39,188 nt of DNA, taken from Acidimicrobiia bacterium (lineage in GTDB: Bacteria; Actinomycetota; Acidimicrobiia; IMCC26256; BP-133). Of the stretch, positions 26,221 through 34,773 are shown piece by piece. The notes under the pieces are model-generated. The model saw only the letters and a program-made list of their open reading frames with translations. It did no database searches and was not told the origin of the DNA. The position numbers and the translations under genes are program-made. Position 1 is the first letter of the stretch, and each line of letters begins with the position of its first letter. The stretch covers positions 1-39,188 of the forward strand of contig JBIOYN010000397.1 in NCBI GenBank assembly GCA_044870155.1, given 5' to 3'.

Positions 26221-27891
26221 TCAGACCTCCATCACGACGGGGACGACGATGGGACGCCGGCGGGTGCGCTCGTTGATGAACTTCGACAGGCCGCTGCGGG
26301 CGTGGCGCTTGAGCGTCTCGATGTCCATGGCGTTCTCGTCGATCGCCTCCTGCAGCGACCGGAGCACGGCATCCTTGGCCTCCTCCAGCAGGAGCTCGGC
26401 CTCGGGGGCGTGAACCCAGCCCCGGGTGACGATCTCGGGCCCCGTCACCACCTCGCCGGTGTGGGCGTCGAGGGTGACGATGACGACCACGATCCCCTCG
26501 TTGGCCAGGGCCCGGCGGTCCCGCAGCACGCCCCGCCCCACGTCGCCCACCACGCCGTCCACGTAGAGGTAGCCGGCGGGCGCGTAGCGCCGCTCGACGT
26601 CGATGCCGTCAGGACCGAAGACCAGGGAGTCGCCGTCCTCACACACGATCACGTTGGCGTCGGCGATCCCGGTGCCCCGGGCCAGCCGGGCGTGGTGGAC
26701 GAGATGGCGGTACTCGCCGTGGACAGGCACGAAGTACTCGGGCTGGATGAGGTTGAGGAAGAACTTGAGCTCCTCCTGGGCGCCGTGGCCGGACACGTGC
26801 ACGGGCGCCAGCCCGGAGTGGATCACGTCGGCGCCGGCCCGGTACAGGCCGCCGATGACCCGGGACACGTTGGTCTCGTTGCCCGGGATCGGGTGGGCCG
26901 AGATGATGACCGTGTCCTCCGCCCCCAGCTTCACCCGGTGGTTCTCGTGGGCGGCCATGAGAGCCAGGGCGCTCATGGGCTCGCCCTGGGATCCCGTGCA
27001 GATCACGCAGATGGCCCCGGGCTCGAACCTGTCGATCTCCTCCACGTCGACGATCCGCTCGTCGGAAAGCTTCAGCAGCCCCATGGAACGGGCCAGGGCC
27101 ACGTTCTGGATCATCGACCGGCCGAGGAAGGCCACGGTGCGCCCCTGTTCCATGGCCGCCTCGGCGATCTGCTGCACCCGGTGGATGTGGGAGGCGAAGC
27201 AGGCGGCGATGACCCGCCGGCCGGCGTGCTGGAGGAACAGCTCGCGCATGACGAGACCGACGGTCGACTCCGACGGGATGTGGCCGGGCTCCTCGGCGTT
27301 GGTGGAGTCCGACAGCAGCAGGCGCACGCCGCCCCGGGCGATCTCACCGAGCAGGGCGATGTCGGTGACGCGCCCGTCCACCGGCGCCTGGTCGAGCTTG
27401 AAGTCACCCGAGTGCAGGATGGTGCCGGAGGGCGTGAACACGGCGGTGGCGAAGCCGTGGGGCACCGAATGGGTGACGGGGATGAACTGGCAGTCGAAGG
27501 GCCCGATGGACCGGCGCTCCCCGTCGGCCACGGGGATCAGCTCCGTGCGGTCCAGCATTCCCGCTTCCTCGATGCGGTTGCGGGCCAGCCCCAGCGACAG
27601 CGCCGACCCGTAGATGGGGACGGGAGCCACCTCGGCCAGCAGGAAGGAGAGGCCGCCGGCGTGGTCCTCGTGGCCGTGGGTGAGCACCACACCCTCGATG
27701 CGGTCGGCGTTCTCCCGCAGATAGGAGAAGTCGGGGAGGACGAGATCGACGCCCGGCATGTCCGGGGCCGGGAACATCAGTCCGCAGTCGATGAGGAGGA
27801 TGCGACCCTCCACCTCGATGCAGGCGCAGTTCCGCCCGATCTCCCCGAGTCCCCCGAGGAACACGATGCGGACGGGCGGTTCCATAGCCAT
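26221..27891 (-). CDS. rnj: Ribonuclease J
   Basis: LGGLGEIGRN, THGHEDH, HSGDFK, FASHIHR, TGSQGEP, HVSGH, PVHGEYRH. Confidence 0.97.
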   Translation of the reverse strand: MAMEPPVRIVFLGGLGEIGRNCACIEVEGRILLIDCGLMFPAPDMPGVDLVLPDFSYLRENADRIEGVVLTHGHEDHAGGLSFLLAEVAPVPIYGSALSLGLARNRIEEAGMLDRTELIPVADGERRSIGPFDCQFIPVTHSVPHGFATAVFTPSGTILHSGDFKLDQAPVDGRVTDIALLGEIARGGVRLLLSDSTNAEEPGHIPSESTVGLVMRELFLQHAGRRVIAACFASHIHRVQQIAEAAMEQGRTVAFLGRSMIQNVALARSMGLLKLSDERIVDVEEIDRFEPGAICVICTGSQGEPMSALALMAAHENHRVKLGAEDTVIISAHPIPGNETNVSRVIGGLYRAGADVIHSGLAPVHVSGHGAQEELKFFLNLIQPEYFVPVHGEYRHLVHHARLARGTGIADANVIVCEDGDSLVFGPDGIDVERRYAPAGYLYVDGVVGDVGRGVLRDRRALANEGIVVVIVTLDAHTGEVVTGPEIVTRGWVHAPEAELLLEEAKDAVLRSLQEAIDENAMDIETLKRHARSGLSKFINERTRRRPIVVPVVMEV

Positions 27892-28014
27892 CGCCGGGCG
27901 ACGCTAGTCCAGCGGGGCGCAACCGGCGAAGAGCCCGAATCTGCCAAGCGGGCCTGGTTGGCGGTCGCCGGATGGCCCTACGTTCGGACTCCCGACAACG
28001 ACGGGAGGACGTCA

Positions 28015-28452
28015 ATGGCAGACGAGACCAGGGGCATGGTGCCGGACCACAAGGCGGCGATCCTGCGCATGTTCGACGAGATCATCAACGGCGGAAAGCT
28101 CGAGGTCGTCGACGAGCTCTTCCACCCCGACTTCCGGACCCGCACCCCCCAGGGCGAGCTCGACCGGGAAGGCTTCAAGGACTACGTGGCCGGGTGGAGA
28201 GCCGGATTCCCCGACGTGCACTGCGAGGTCGGCGATCTGATCCAGGAAGGCGATCGGGTGGCGTGGTCGATCCGGGCGACGGGGACGCACACCGGTACCT
28301 TCTTGGGCATCGAGGCGACGGGCCGCAGCATCGACTTCGACAGCCTCAACATCGGGACGTTCAAGGACGGGCTGGCACTGCGTCACTGGGTGCTCATGGA
28401 CACGATGACCGTGCTCACCCAGCTGGGAGCGATGGCGCCGCCCGGCCCGTGA
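28015..28452 (+). CDS. SnoaL-like ester cyclase (NTF2 fold)
   Basis: SD GGGAGG before ATG 28015. GFPDVHCEVGDLIQEGDRVA, GTHTGTFLGIEATGR. Confidence 0.88.
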   Translation: MADETRGMVPDHKAAILRMFDEIINGGKLEVVDELFHPDFRTRTPQGELDREGFKDYVAGWRAGFPDVHCEVGDLIQEGDRVAWSIRATGTHTGTFLGIEATGRSIDFDSLNIGTFKDGLALRHWVLMDTMTVLTQLGAMAPPGP

Positions 28453-28489
28453 TCGTCAGCCCCGGAGGGCGGCGATCGTCTCCGTCGCG

Positions 28490-29581
28490 CTAGTGTCCTG
28501 AGTCAGAGATTCGTTCGCAATAGGCGGCGAGGTTCTCCAGGATCTCGTCGGCGGTTTTATGCCAGACGAACGGCCGGGGGTCGTCGTTCCAGGTCTGGAT
28601 CCAGGAACGGATGGCGCCTTCGAGTTCCTTGGTGGAGCGGTGGGTGCCGCGGCGGAGCCACTTCTCGGTGAGCTCGGCGAACCAGCGCTCGACAAGGTTC
28701 AGCCACGAGCTGTAGGTCGGCGTGAAGTGCAGCGTGAAGCGTGGGTGGCGCACCAGCCACCGATGGACTTCGGGTGTCTTGTGAGTCGAGGAGTTGTCCA
28801 CGATCACGTGGACATCAAGGTCGGCGGGAACGCTGCGGTTGATCAGGTTCAAGAATTTCCGAAACTCGATTGCCCGGTGCCGAGCGGTGAGATCGGTGAT
28901 CACCTTCCCCGAGGCCAGATCCAGGGCGGCATAGAGATTGGTGGTGCCATTGCGGACGTAGTCGTGTGTACGCCGCTCGGGGGTACCTGGCCGCAGTGGC
29001 AATACCGGGGCAGTGCGGTCGAGGGCCTGGATCTGGGATTTCTCGTCTACGCAGAGGACCAACGCGCCCTCGGGCGGGTTCACGTACAGCCCGACGATGT
29101 CGCGCACCTTCTCGATGAACTGCGGATCGGGCGACAGCTTGAACGTCTCCGTCAAATGGGGCTTGAGCCCGAACGCCCGCCAGATCCGGCTGACAGCCGA
29201 TTGCGACATCCCCGTCGCCGTGGCCAACGACCGCGTCGACCAATGCGTGGCATCCGCCGGCGTCTCCTCCAGCGTCTTCACGATCACCCGTTCCACGTCC
29301 TCGTCGCCGATTGTGCGAGGGGCACCGGGCCGAGGCTCGTCGTTGAGGCCCTCCAGTCGACGGGACACGAACCTGGCTCGCCACTTGCTCACCGTCGCCC
29401 GGTTCACCCCCAAACCCTTGGCGACCGAGTTGATCGTCGACCCGTCGGCGCAGGCCAACACGATCCGGCAACGGAGGGCGAGCGCCTGCGCACTGTTCGG
29501 TCTCCGAGCCCACCGCTCAAGCGTCTCCCGCTCCTCCTCAGCAAGGACCAGCGGGACGTTCCGACGGCCAGGCACTCCCAC
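28490..29581 (-). CDS. IS630-family DDE transposase
   Basis: HTH region, THWSTRSLA, catalytic VDEKSQIQAL / VDNSSTHK / SWLNLVERWF. Intact 363-aa frame. Confidence 0.97.
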   Translation of the reverse strand: MGVPGRRNVPLVLAEEERETLERWARRPNSAQALALRCRIVLACADGSTINSVAKGLGVNRATVSKWRARFVSRRLEGLNDEPRPGAPRTIGDEDVERVIVKTLEETPADATHWSTRSLATATGMSQSAVSRIWRAFGLKPHLTETFKLSPDPQFIEKVRDIVGLYVNPPEGALVLCVDEKSQIQALDRTAPVLPLRPGTPERRTHDYVRNGTTNLYAALDLASGKVITDLTARHRAIEFRKFLNLINRSVPADLDVHVIVDNSSTHKTPEVHRWLVRHPRFTLHFTPTYSSWLNLVERWFAELTEKWLRRGTHRSTKELEGAIRSWIQTWNDDPRPFVWHKTADEILENLAAYCERISDSGH

Positions 29582-29639
29582 AACCGAAGCCTACGACAGC
29601 GAAGACCAAAACGCGAGCTTCTTCTGACTCAGGACACTA
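28491..29639 (-). mobile_element. Complete IS630-family insertion sequence (coordinates include the duplicated TA)
   Basis: Perfect inverted ends CTAGTGTCCTGAGTCAGA at 28490-28507 and 29623-29640. TA at 28491-92 and 29638-39. Single transposase ORF, lower GC3. Confidence 0.96.
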
Positions 29640-30719
29640 GGCGACGGCCAGCTCGGCAGCGGTGTCCTCGTAGTGCTCCCAGCCGATGACCCCGAGCTCG
29701 GTGAAGCGGGCCCGGAGCCACCCGTCGGCGGCGTCGAGCAACCCGAGCTTGCGGCAGTTGGGCACGATCTTGGAGAACAGCATCTGCTGGAACATCTGGC
29801 GTTGCGGCGCCTCGAGCAGGACCTTGGTCGTCTTGCGGACGTCGCAGCCCATGCGCTCCCACACCTCCTGCTGGAGGAATCGGTCCCGCATGCGGATGGC
29901 GGCGTCGAAGGCGAACTCCTGACGTTCCCGCAGCTCGGCGGCCGACAGCTGCCCGTAGAACTCCTGGAGGGAAAGAACACCGAAGGCCACGTGGCGGGCC
30001 TCGTCGGCCATCACCAGGCGCAGCAGCTCCTTGAGCAGCGGCTCGGTGGTCATCTGGGAGATGAACCCGAAGGCGGCCAGGGCGAGGCCCTCCACCATGA
30101 TCTGCATCCCCAGGTAGGTCATGTCCCAGCGGGGGTCGGCGATGATGTCGTCGAGCAGCATCCGCAGGTGGGCGTTGATGGGGTAGTGCCCGGACAGCTT
30201 CTCGTCCAGGTACTTGGAGAAGACCTCCACATGGCGGGCCTCGTCCATCACCTGGGTGGAGGCGTAGTACTTGGCGTCGATCCAGGGCACCGTCTCCACG
30301 ATGCGGGCCGTGCACATGAGGGCGCCCTGCTCGCCGTGGAGGAACTGGGACAGCGTCCAGTTCTGGGACTCGACCCCGAAGGCCAGCCACTCCTTGTCCC
30401 CCCAGGTGGCGAAGGGCGTGCCGGACAGGTCGCCGGGGGGCAGACCCTCGCCGCCGCCGCCGAGCATGAGGCCGCCGTTGGCCAGGGCGTTGGCCACCAC
30501 CACCGCCTCCTGGTCCACGTCGATGTCCCAGGGCAGGTCGGTCTGGGCATCCCACTGGGCGTGCTTGGCCTTCTCGTAGAGCTTGCCCAGGCGGGGCCGG
30601 CACCGGTCGTAGTCCCAGGTGAAGTGGGTGTCGAACTCCGAGGGCGCCTCGTGGGCCGTGCTCGTCGAATCGGTGTTGGTGACGGCCAGGATGGCGTCGA
30701 TGTCGTTCACGTCACGCAC
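29637..30719 (-). CDS. Ferritin-like diiron protein (AurF-like oxygenase family)
   Basis: SQFLHGEQGAL, two DEARH motifs, MVEGLAL. GTG 30719 with SD GGAGG overlaps the TetR stop. Confidence 0.85.
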   Translation of the reverse strand: MRDVNDIDAILAVTNTDSTSTAHEAPSEFDTHFTWDYDRCRPRLGKLYEKAKHAQWDAQTDLPWDIDVDQEAVVVANALANGGLMLGGGGEGLPPGDLSGTPFATWGDKEWLAFGVESQNWTLSQFLHGEQGALMCTARIVETVPWIDAKYYASTQVMDEARHVEVFSKYLDEKLSGHYPINAHLRMLLDDIIADPRWDMTYLGMQIMVEGLALAAFGFISQMTTEPLLKELLRLVMADEARHVAFGVLSLQEFYGQLSAAELRERQEFAFDAAIRMRDRFLQQEVWERMGCDVRKTTKVLLEAPQRQMFQQMLFSKIVPNCRKLGLLDAADGWLRARFTELGVIGWEHYEDTAAELAVA

Positions 30720-31311
30720 TGGTTTCCTCCGATGGAGACAGGGCCGGAGCGACGAACTCGCGGACGGCGTGGAGGACGGGGGTGTCCCCGAAGGCACGGA
30801 GGTGGGCCGCAGGGGTGCAGCCGTAGGAGAGGACGATGCGGGCCAACCACTCCCCGGCCCGGCGAGCCGAGAGGGAGGGAAGGAAACGGCCGAGGTGGGG
30901 AGCGACGGCCTCGGACATGACGGCGAGGAGGCGGTCGGCGCCGGCGAAACACAGATGGGGCAGGACCGTTCCCGGCTCGTGGGCGAGGAGGAACTGCAGG
31001 GCGGTGTGTCCGGCGAACTCCCGGGCCCCGAAGACGGCGGCTGCGGCCAGGGCCTCCTCCAGGGTGCGGACGTCGGCCAGGGCGGCGTCGAGCCCCTGGT
31101 GCAGCCGGGCCGTCTCCGCCGCCACCACGGCCTCGAGGACGGCCGCCTTCCCGGGGTAGTAGCGGTACAGGGTGGCGCGGGAGCATCCAGCCTCCCGAGC
31201 CACTTCGTCGAGCGTGAGCTTGACCAGGCCGTAGCGGCCCACCAGGCGGAGGGTGGCGTCGGTGATCCGCCGTTCGAGGCCCTCAGCGCTGACGGCGACC
31301 TCAGAGACCAT
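30712..31311 (-). CDS. TetR/AcrR-family regulator (paralog A)
   Basis: LTLDEVAREAGCSRATLYRYYPGK HTH. Confidence 0.93.
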   Translation of the reverse strand: MVSEVAVSAEGLERRITDATLRLVGRYGLVKLTLDEVAREAGCSRATLYRYYPGKAAVLEAVVAAETARLHQGLDAALADVRTLEEALAAAAVFGAREFAGHTALQFLLAHEPGTVLPHLCFAGADRLLAVMSEAVAPHLGRFLPSLSARRAGEWLARIVLSYGCTPAAHLRAFGDTPVLHAVREFVAPALSPSEETSA

Positions 31312-31317
31312 GTTGAG

Positions 31318-31347
31318 ATGCTAAGACGATTTTTGTCTCATCGTCAA
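31318..31347 (-). promoter_or_regulatory. Leaderless promoter of the TetR-diiron operon with a candidate operator
   Basis: TTGACG (31347-31342), 18 nt, TAGCAT (31323-31318), 6 nt, ATG. Imperfect palindrome TAAGAC-N7-GTCTCA (31322-31340) spans the spacer. Confidence 0.75.
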
Positions 31348-31419
31348 GACACCTGCGGCAGCGTGTGCTGACGACGCCCTGAACGTCTCACTGTTGCTTC
31401 GCACCACGAAGCACGTCTA

Positions 31420-31439
31420 TAACAGAGATAACTCTGTTA
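31420..31439. promoter_or_regulatory. AT-rich perfect inverted repeat, candidate operator
   Basis: TAACAGAG-ATAA-CTCTGTTA upstream of the 31486 gene. Confidence 0.5.
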
Positions 31440-31485
31440 ACAGACGGAGATCCGGGGGTCGGGGCCCCCGCAGAGGGAGGCGGAG

Positions 31486-31914
31486 ATGAGGCGGAGCACC
31501 ATCCTGGTGGCCACGGCGCTGGTCATGCTCACGAGCGTGCCGGCCCTCGGCGCCCAGCACGACAACAAGGACGACCCCAAGGACGACCCGAAGCACGACG
31601 TGGCCGAGACCTGCCCCGGCTACGAGAAGGACGCCCGCGAGCAAGTGGTGGGCACCGACGCCGACGACGTGCTCTTCGTGCCTGAGGGCGGCATCGGCTG
31701 CGGCCTGGGCGGCAACGACCTCCTCCGGGCCGACAAGCACGGGAACACCAAGCTGTTCGGGGGCGACGGCGATGACGTCTTCTGCGCCGAGAACAACGAC
31801 GCCGACTCCATCCACGGCGGCGAGGGCGACGACCGGGCCCGCACCGACGACGTCGACAATGTGAAGGAAGTCGAGGGCGACACCGTCCTCATCGGCTGCG
31901 TCGTCCGCCGGTAG
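31486..31914 (+). CDS. Small secreted acidic protein with RTX/hemolysin-type Ca-binding repeats
   Basis: Signal peptide, GLGGNDLL, GGDGDDVF, GGEGDDRA, 4 Cys. SD GGAGG. Confidence 0.78.
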   Translation: MRRSTILVATALVMLTSVPALGAQHDNKDDPKDDPKHDVAETCPGYEKDAREQVVGTDADDVLFVPEGGIGCGLGGNDLLRADKHGNTKLFGGDGDDVFCAENNDADSIHGGEGDDRARTDDVDNVKEVEGDTVLIGCVVRR

Positions 31915-31924
31915 GCAGACCCGC

Positions 31925-32506
31925 TCAGGACCCAGGCTGGAGGAGGCCGGCGAGCAACTGGCCGCGCACCAGGACGGCCCGCTGCTCCGGGTCGTCGAGG
32001 TCCCACTCGCCCGGGGAGCCGATCCACGACAGGAGCATGCGGGCCAGGAAGTCGGCGGCCCCTTCCACGTCCACACCCGGGCGCAGGCGCCCCGCCGCTC
32101 GCTCCCGCTCCAGGTAGGGCACCAGGAAGCCGGCCACCAGGGGAAGGATCCGGTCGGAGGACACCGTGAGGATGGGCAGGAGCCGGTGGGGCTCGGTGGC
32201 CAGCACCCGTTGCAGCACCTCGTGCTCGGCCACGGCCCGGTGGGCGAAGCGCAGCGCCGCCTCCACCAGGGAGGCCAGGTCAGGGTAAGCCGCCACCGCC
32301 TCCCCCAGGCGCTGGAAGAACCGGCCCACCTCCCACGCCACCACGTCGGCCACCACCTGGTCGCGCCCGCCGGGGAAGTACCGGTAGATGGTGGCCCGGG
32401 ACACCCCCGAGGCGCGGGCCACGTCGTCGACGGTGGTCTTGGCCATGCCGTAACGGCCGATGCAGGCCAGGCCCCCTTCCATCACCCGGTCCCGCACATC
32501 GGTCAC
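31925..32506 (-). CDS. TetR/AcrR-family regulator (paralog B)
   Basis: TTVDDVARASGVSRATIYRYFPGG HTH. Likely start is GTG 32506. Confidence 0.92.
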   Translation of the reverse strand: MTDVRDRVMEGGLACIGRYGMAKTTVDDVARASGVSRATIYRYFPGGRDQVVADVVAWEVGRFFQRLGEAVAAYPDLASLVEAALRFAHRAVAEHEVLQRVLATEPHRLLPILTVSSDRILPLVAGFLVPYLERERAAGRLRPGVDVEGAADFLARMLLSWIGSPGEWDLDDPEQRAVLVRGQLLAGLLQPGS

Positions 32507-32531
32507 AACCTGAGACCGTAACCTGGGCGGC

Positions 32532-33600
32532 GTGGACCTTCCTGTGATGCCACCCGTCGCCCCCATGCTGGCCAAGCTCAGCCGGGAGCTCCCCGCCGCC
32601 GAGGGGATGCTCTTCGAGCCGAAGTGGGACGGCTTCCGCTGCATCGTGTTCCGGGACGGCGACGAGGTCGAGCTGGGCAGCCGCAACGAGCGGCCCATGA
32701 CCCGCTACTTCCCCGAGCTGTTGGACCCCATCCGGGACCAGCTCCCCGACAAGTGCGTGCTCGACGGCGAGATCGTGATCGCCGGCGCCAACGGCCGCCT
32801 CGAGTTCGACGCCCTCTTGCAGCGGATCCACCCGGCCGAGAGCCGGGTGCGGATGCTGGCCGAGCAGACGCCGGCCTCCTTCGTGGCTTTCGACATCCTC
32901 GCCGCCGGCGACGAGGATCTCCGCCCCCTTCCCCAGGGGGACCGCCGCCAGCGGCTCGAGGAGCTGCTGGGTGCGGCCCGCCCGCCGCTGTTCCTGACGC
33001 CGGTGACGACCGACCGCGACGTGGCTGCCGAGTGGTTCGCCGCCTTCGAGGGCGCCGGCCTCGACGGCGTGGTGGCCAAGCCCGTCCACCTCCCCTACCG
33101 GGAGGACGAGCGGGTCATGCTCAAGGTCAAGCACGAGCGGACGGCCGACTGCGTGGTGGCCGGGTTCCGCTGGCACAAGAGCGGCGGCGTCATCGGCTCG
33201 CTGCTCCTCGGCCTCTACGACGACCACGGCGACCTCCACCATGTGGGCGTGATCGGCGCCTTTCCCATGGCCCAGCGCAAGGCGCTGGTGGACATGCTCG
33301 CCCCCTACCGGGAGAACGCCCTCGAAGGCCATCCCTGGCGCTCGTGGGCCGAGGCGGTGGACGGCGGCACCCGCATGCCCGGGGCCCAGAGCCGCTGGAA
33401 CGCCGGCCGGGACCTGAGCTGGGAGCCCCTGCGACCCGAGCTGGTGGTGGAGACCCGCTACGACCACCTCCAGGGCGACCGCCTCCGCCACGCCGGCCAG
33501 TTCGTCCGCTTCCGGGACGACCAGGGAGCCGGCGTCGTGCACCTACGCCCAGCTCGAGGAGGTGGCGCCGGCGGAACTGGCCCGGATCTTCGGGACGTGA
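32532..33600 (+). CDS. ligC: ATP-dependent DNA ligase LigC, with an apparent +1 frameshift near 33521
   Basis: PMLAK, EPKWDGFR (motif I), LDGEIV, FDIL, DGVVAK, KVKHERTADCVV, GSLLLGLY. The native C-terminus REPASCTYAQLEEVAPAELARIFGT* lies in another frame and ends at TGA 33598-33600. Confidence 0.9.
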
Positions 33601-33995
33601 TGGCCGGGGTGCGGAGTGACCCCGCCGACAGCACGAGAGTGGACCGCTGGCTGTGGGCCGTCCGGCTCTACAGGACCCGCTCGGCTGCCACCGAGGCGTG
33701 CGCCGGCGGCCGCGTGAAGGTCAACGGAACCACGGCCAAGCCCGCCGCCCCCGTGCGCGTGGGTGACCGGGTCGAGACCCGCCTCCACCACCGGGACCGG
33801 ATCCTCGAGGTCGTCCGCATCGTCGACAAGCGGGTGGGGGCGCCGGTGGCCGCCGAATGCGTGGTGGACCACAGCCCGCCGGTCCCCCCCAAGGAGGAGA
33901 CGTTCCCCAACTTCGCCCGGGAGCCGGGCGCCGGCCGGCCGACCAAGCGGGACCGGCGCCGGCTCGACCGCTTCCGGGCCTCGGACTTCGACTGA
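33600..33995 (+). CDS. hslR: S4-domain RNA-binding protein (Hsp15/HslR family)
   Basis: RVDRWLWAVRLYRTRSAATEACAGGRVKVNG, GRPTKRDRRRLD. ATG 33600 overlaps the native ligC stop (TGATG). Confidence 0.9.
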   Translation: MAGVRSDPADSTRVDRWLWAVRLYRTRSAATEACAGGRVKVNGTTAKPAAPVRVGDRVETRLHHRDRILEVVRIVDKRVGAPVAAECVVDHSPPVPPKEETFPNFAREPGAGRPTKRDRRRLDRFRASDFD

Positions 33996-34002
33996 TCCGG
34001 CG

Positions 34003-34773
34003 TTAGATCCCGAGGAGGGCGTCGAGGCCCACGGTCAGGCCGGGCCGCTCCCCCACCTGGCGGACGGCCAGCAGCACACCGGGCATGAACGAGGTGCGGT
34101 CGTATGAGTCGTGACGGATCGACAGCGACTGGCCGGTGGTGCCGAAGAGCACCTCCTGGTGGGCGACCAGGCCCCGGAGCCGCACCGAGTGGACCCGGAT
34201 GCCGGCCGGGCCGGCACCGCCCCGGGCGCCCTCCAGCACGACGGTCCTCGTCGGGTCGTCGGCCCACGTGTCCTTGGCCTCGGCCAGGCGGGCGGCGGTG
34301 AGGAGCGCCGTCCCCGAGGGGGCGTCGACCTTGTTGTCGTGGTGGAGCTCGATGATCTCGACGCTGTCCATGTGCGGCGCGGCCAGGGCGGCCAGGCGCA
34401 TCATCAGCACCGCCCCGATGGCGAAGTTGGGGGCCACCACGGCGTGGGCCTTGCCCGAGCCGAACAGCTCCCCCAGCTCGGCCAGGTCCTCGGCTCCCAG
34501 CCCGGTCGTCCCCACCACGGCGTGCACGCCGTGGGCGGCGCACCAGCGCAGGTTCTCCCGGGCGGCGGCGGCATGGGTGAAGTCGACGGCCACCTCGGCC
34601 CCCGCCTCCGCCAGCGCGTCAGCTGACCCGGCGATGGTCAGGCCCTCGACCGTGCTCCCGGCGCAGGGCGGATCCACCGCCGCCACCAGCTCCAGGTCGC
34701 CGGCCTCGGCCACGGCGTGGCACACGGTGGCGCCCATGCGCCCGCCGGCGCCGAACACGCCGACCTTGATCAC
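34003..34773 (-). CDS. dapB: 4-hydroxy-tetrahydrodipicolinate reductase
   Basis: GAGGRMG, VDFT, VGTTG, APNFAIG, ELHHDNKVDAPSGTA, HSVRL. Confidence 0.98.
   Translation of the reverse strand: MIKVGVFGAGGRMGATVCHAVAEAGDLELVAAVDPPCAGSTVEGLTIAGSADALAEAGAEVAVDFTHAAAARENLRWCAAHGVHAVVGTTGLGAEDLAELGELFGSGKAHAVVAPNFAIGAVLMMRLAALAAPHMDSVEIIELHHDNKVDAPSGTALLTAARLAEAKDTWADDPTRTVVLEGARGGAGPAGIRVHSVRLRGLVAHQEVLFGTTGQSLSIRHDSYDRTSFMPGVLLAVRQVGERPGLTVGLDALLGI

Noticed and set aside
32532-33995. Evolved LigC-S4 fusion protein as a novel system
   Set aside because: The intact native LigC C-terminus and TGATG coupling persist in the shifted frame, which points to a single-base insertion rather than a selected fusion.
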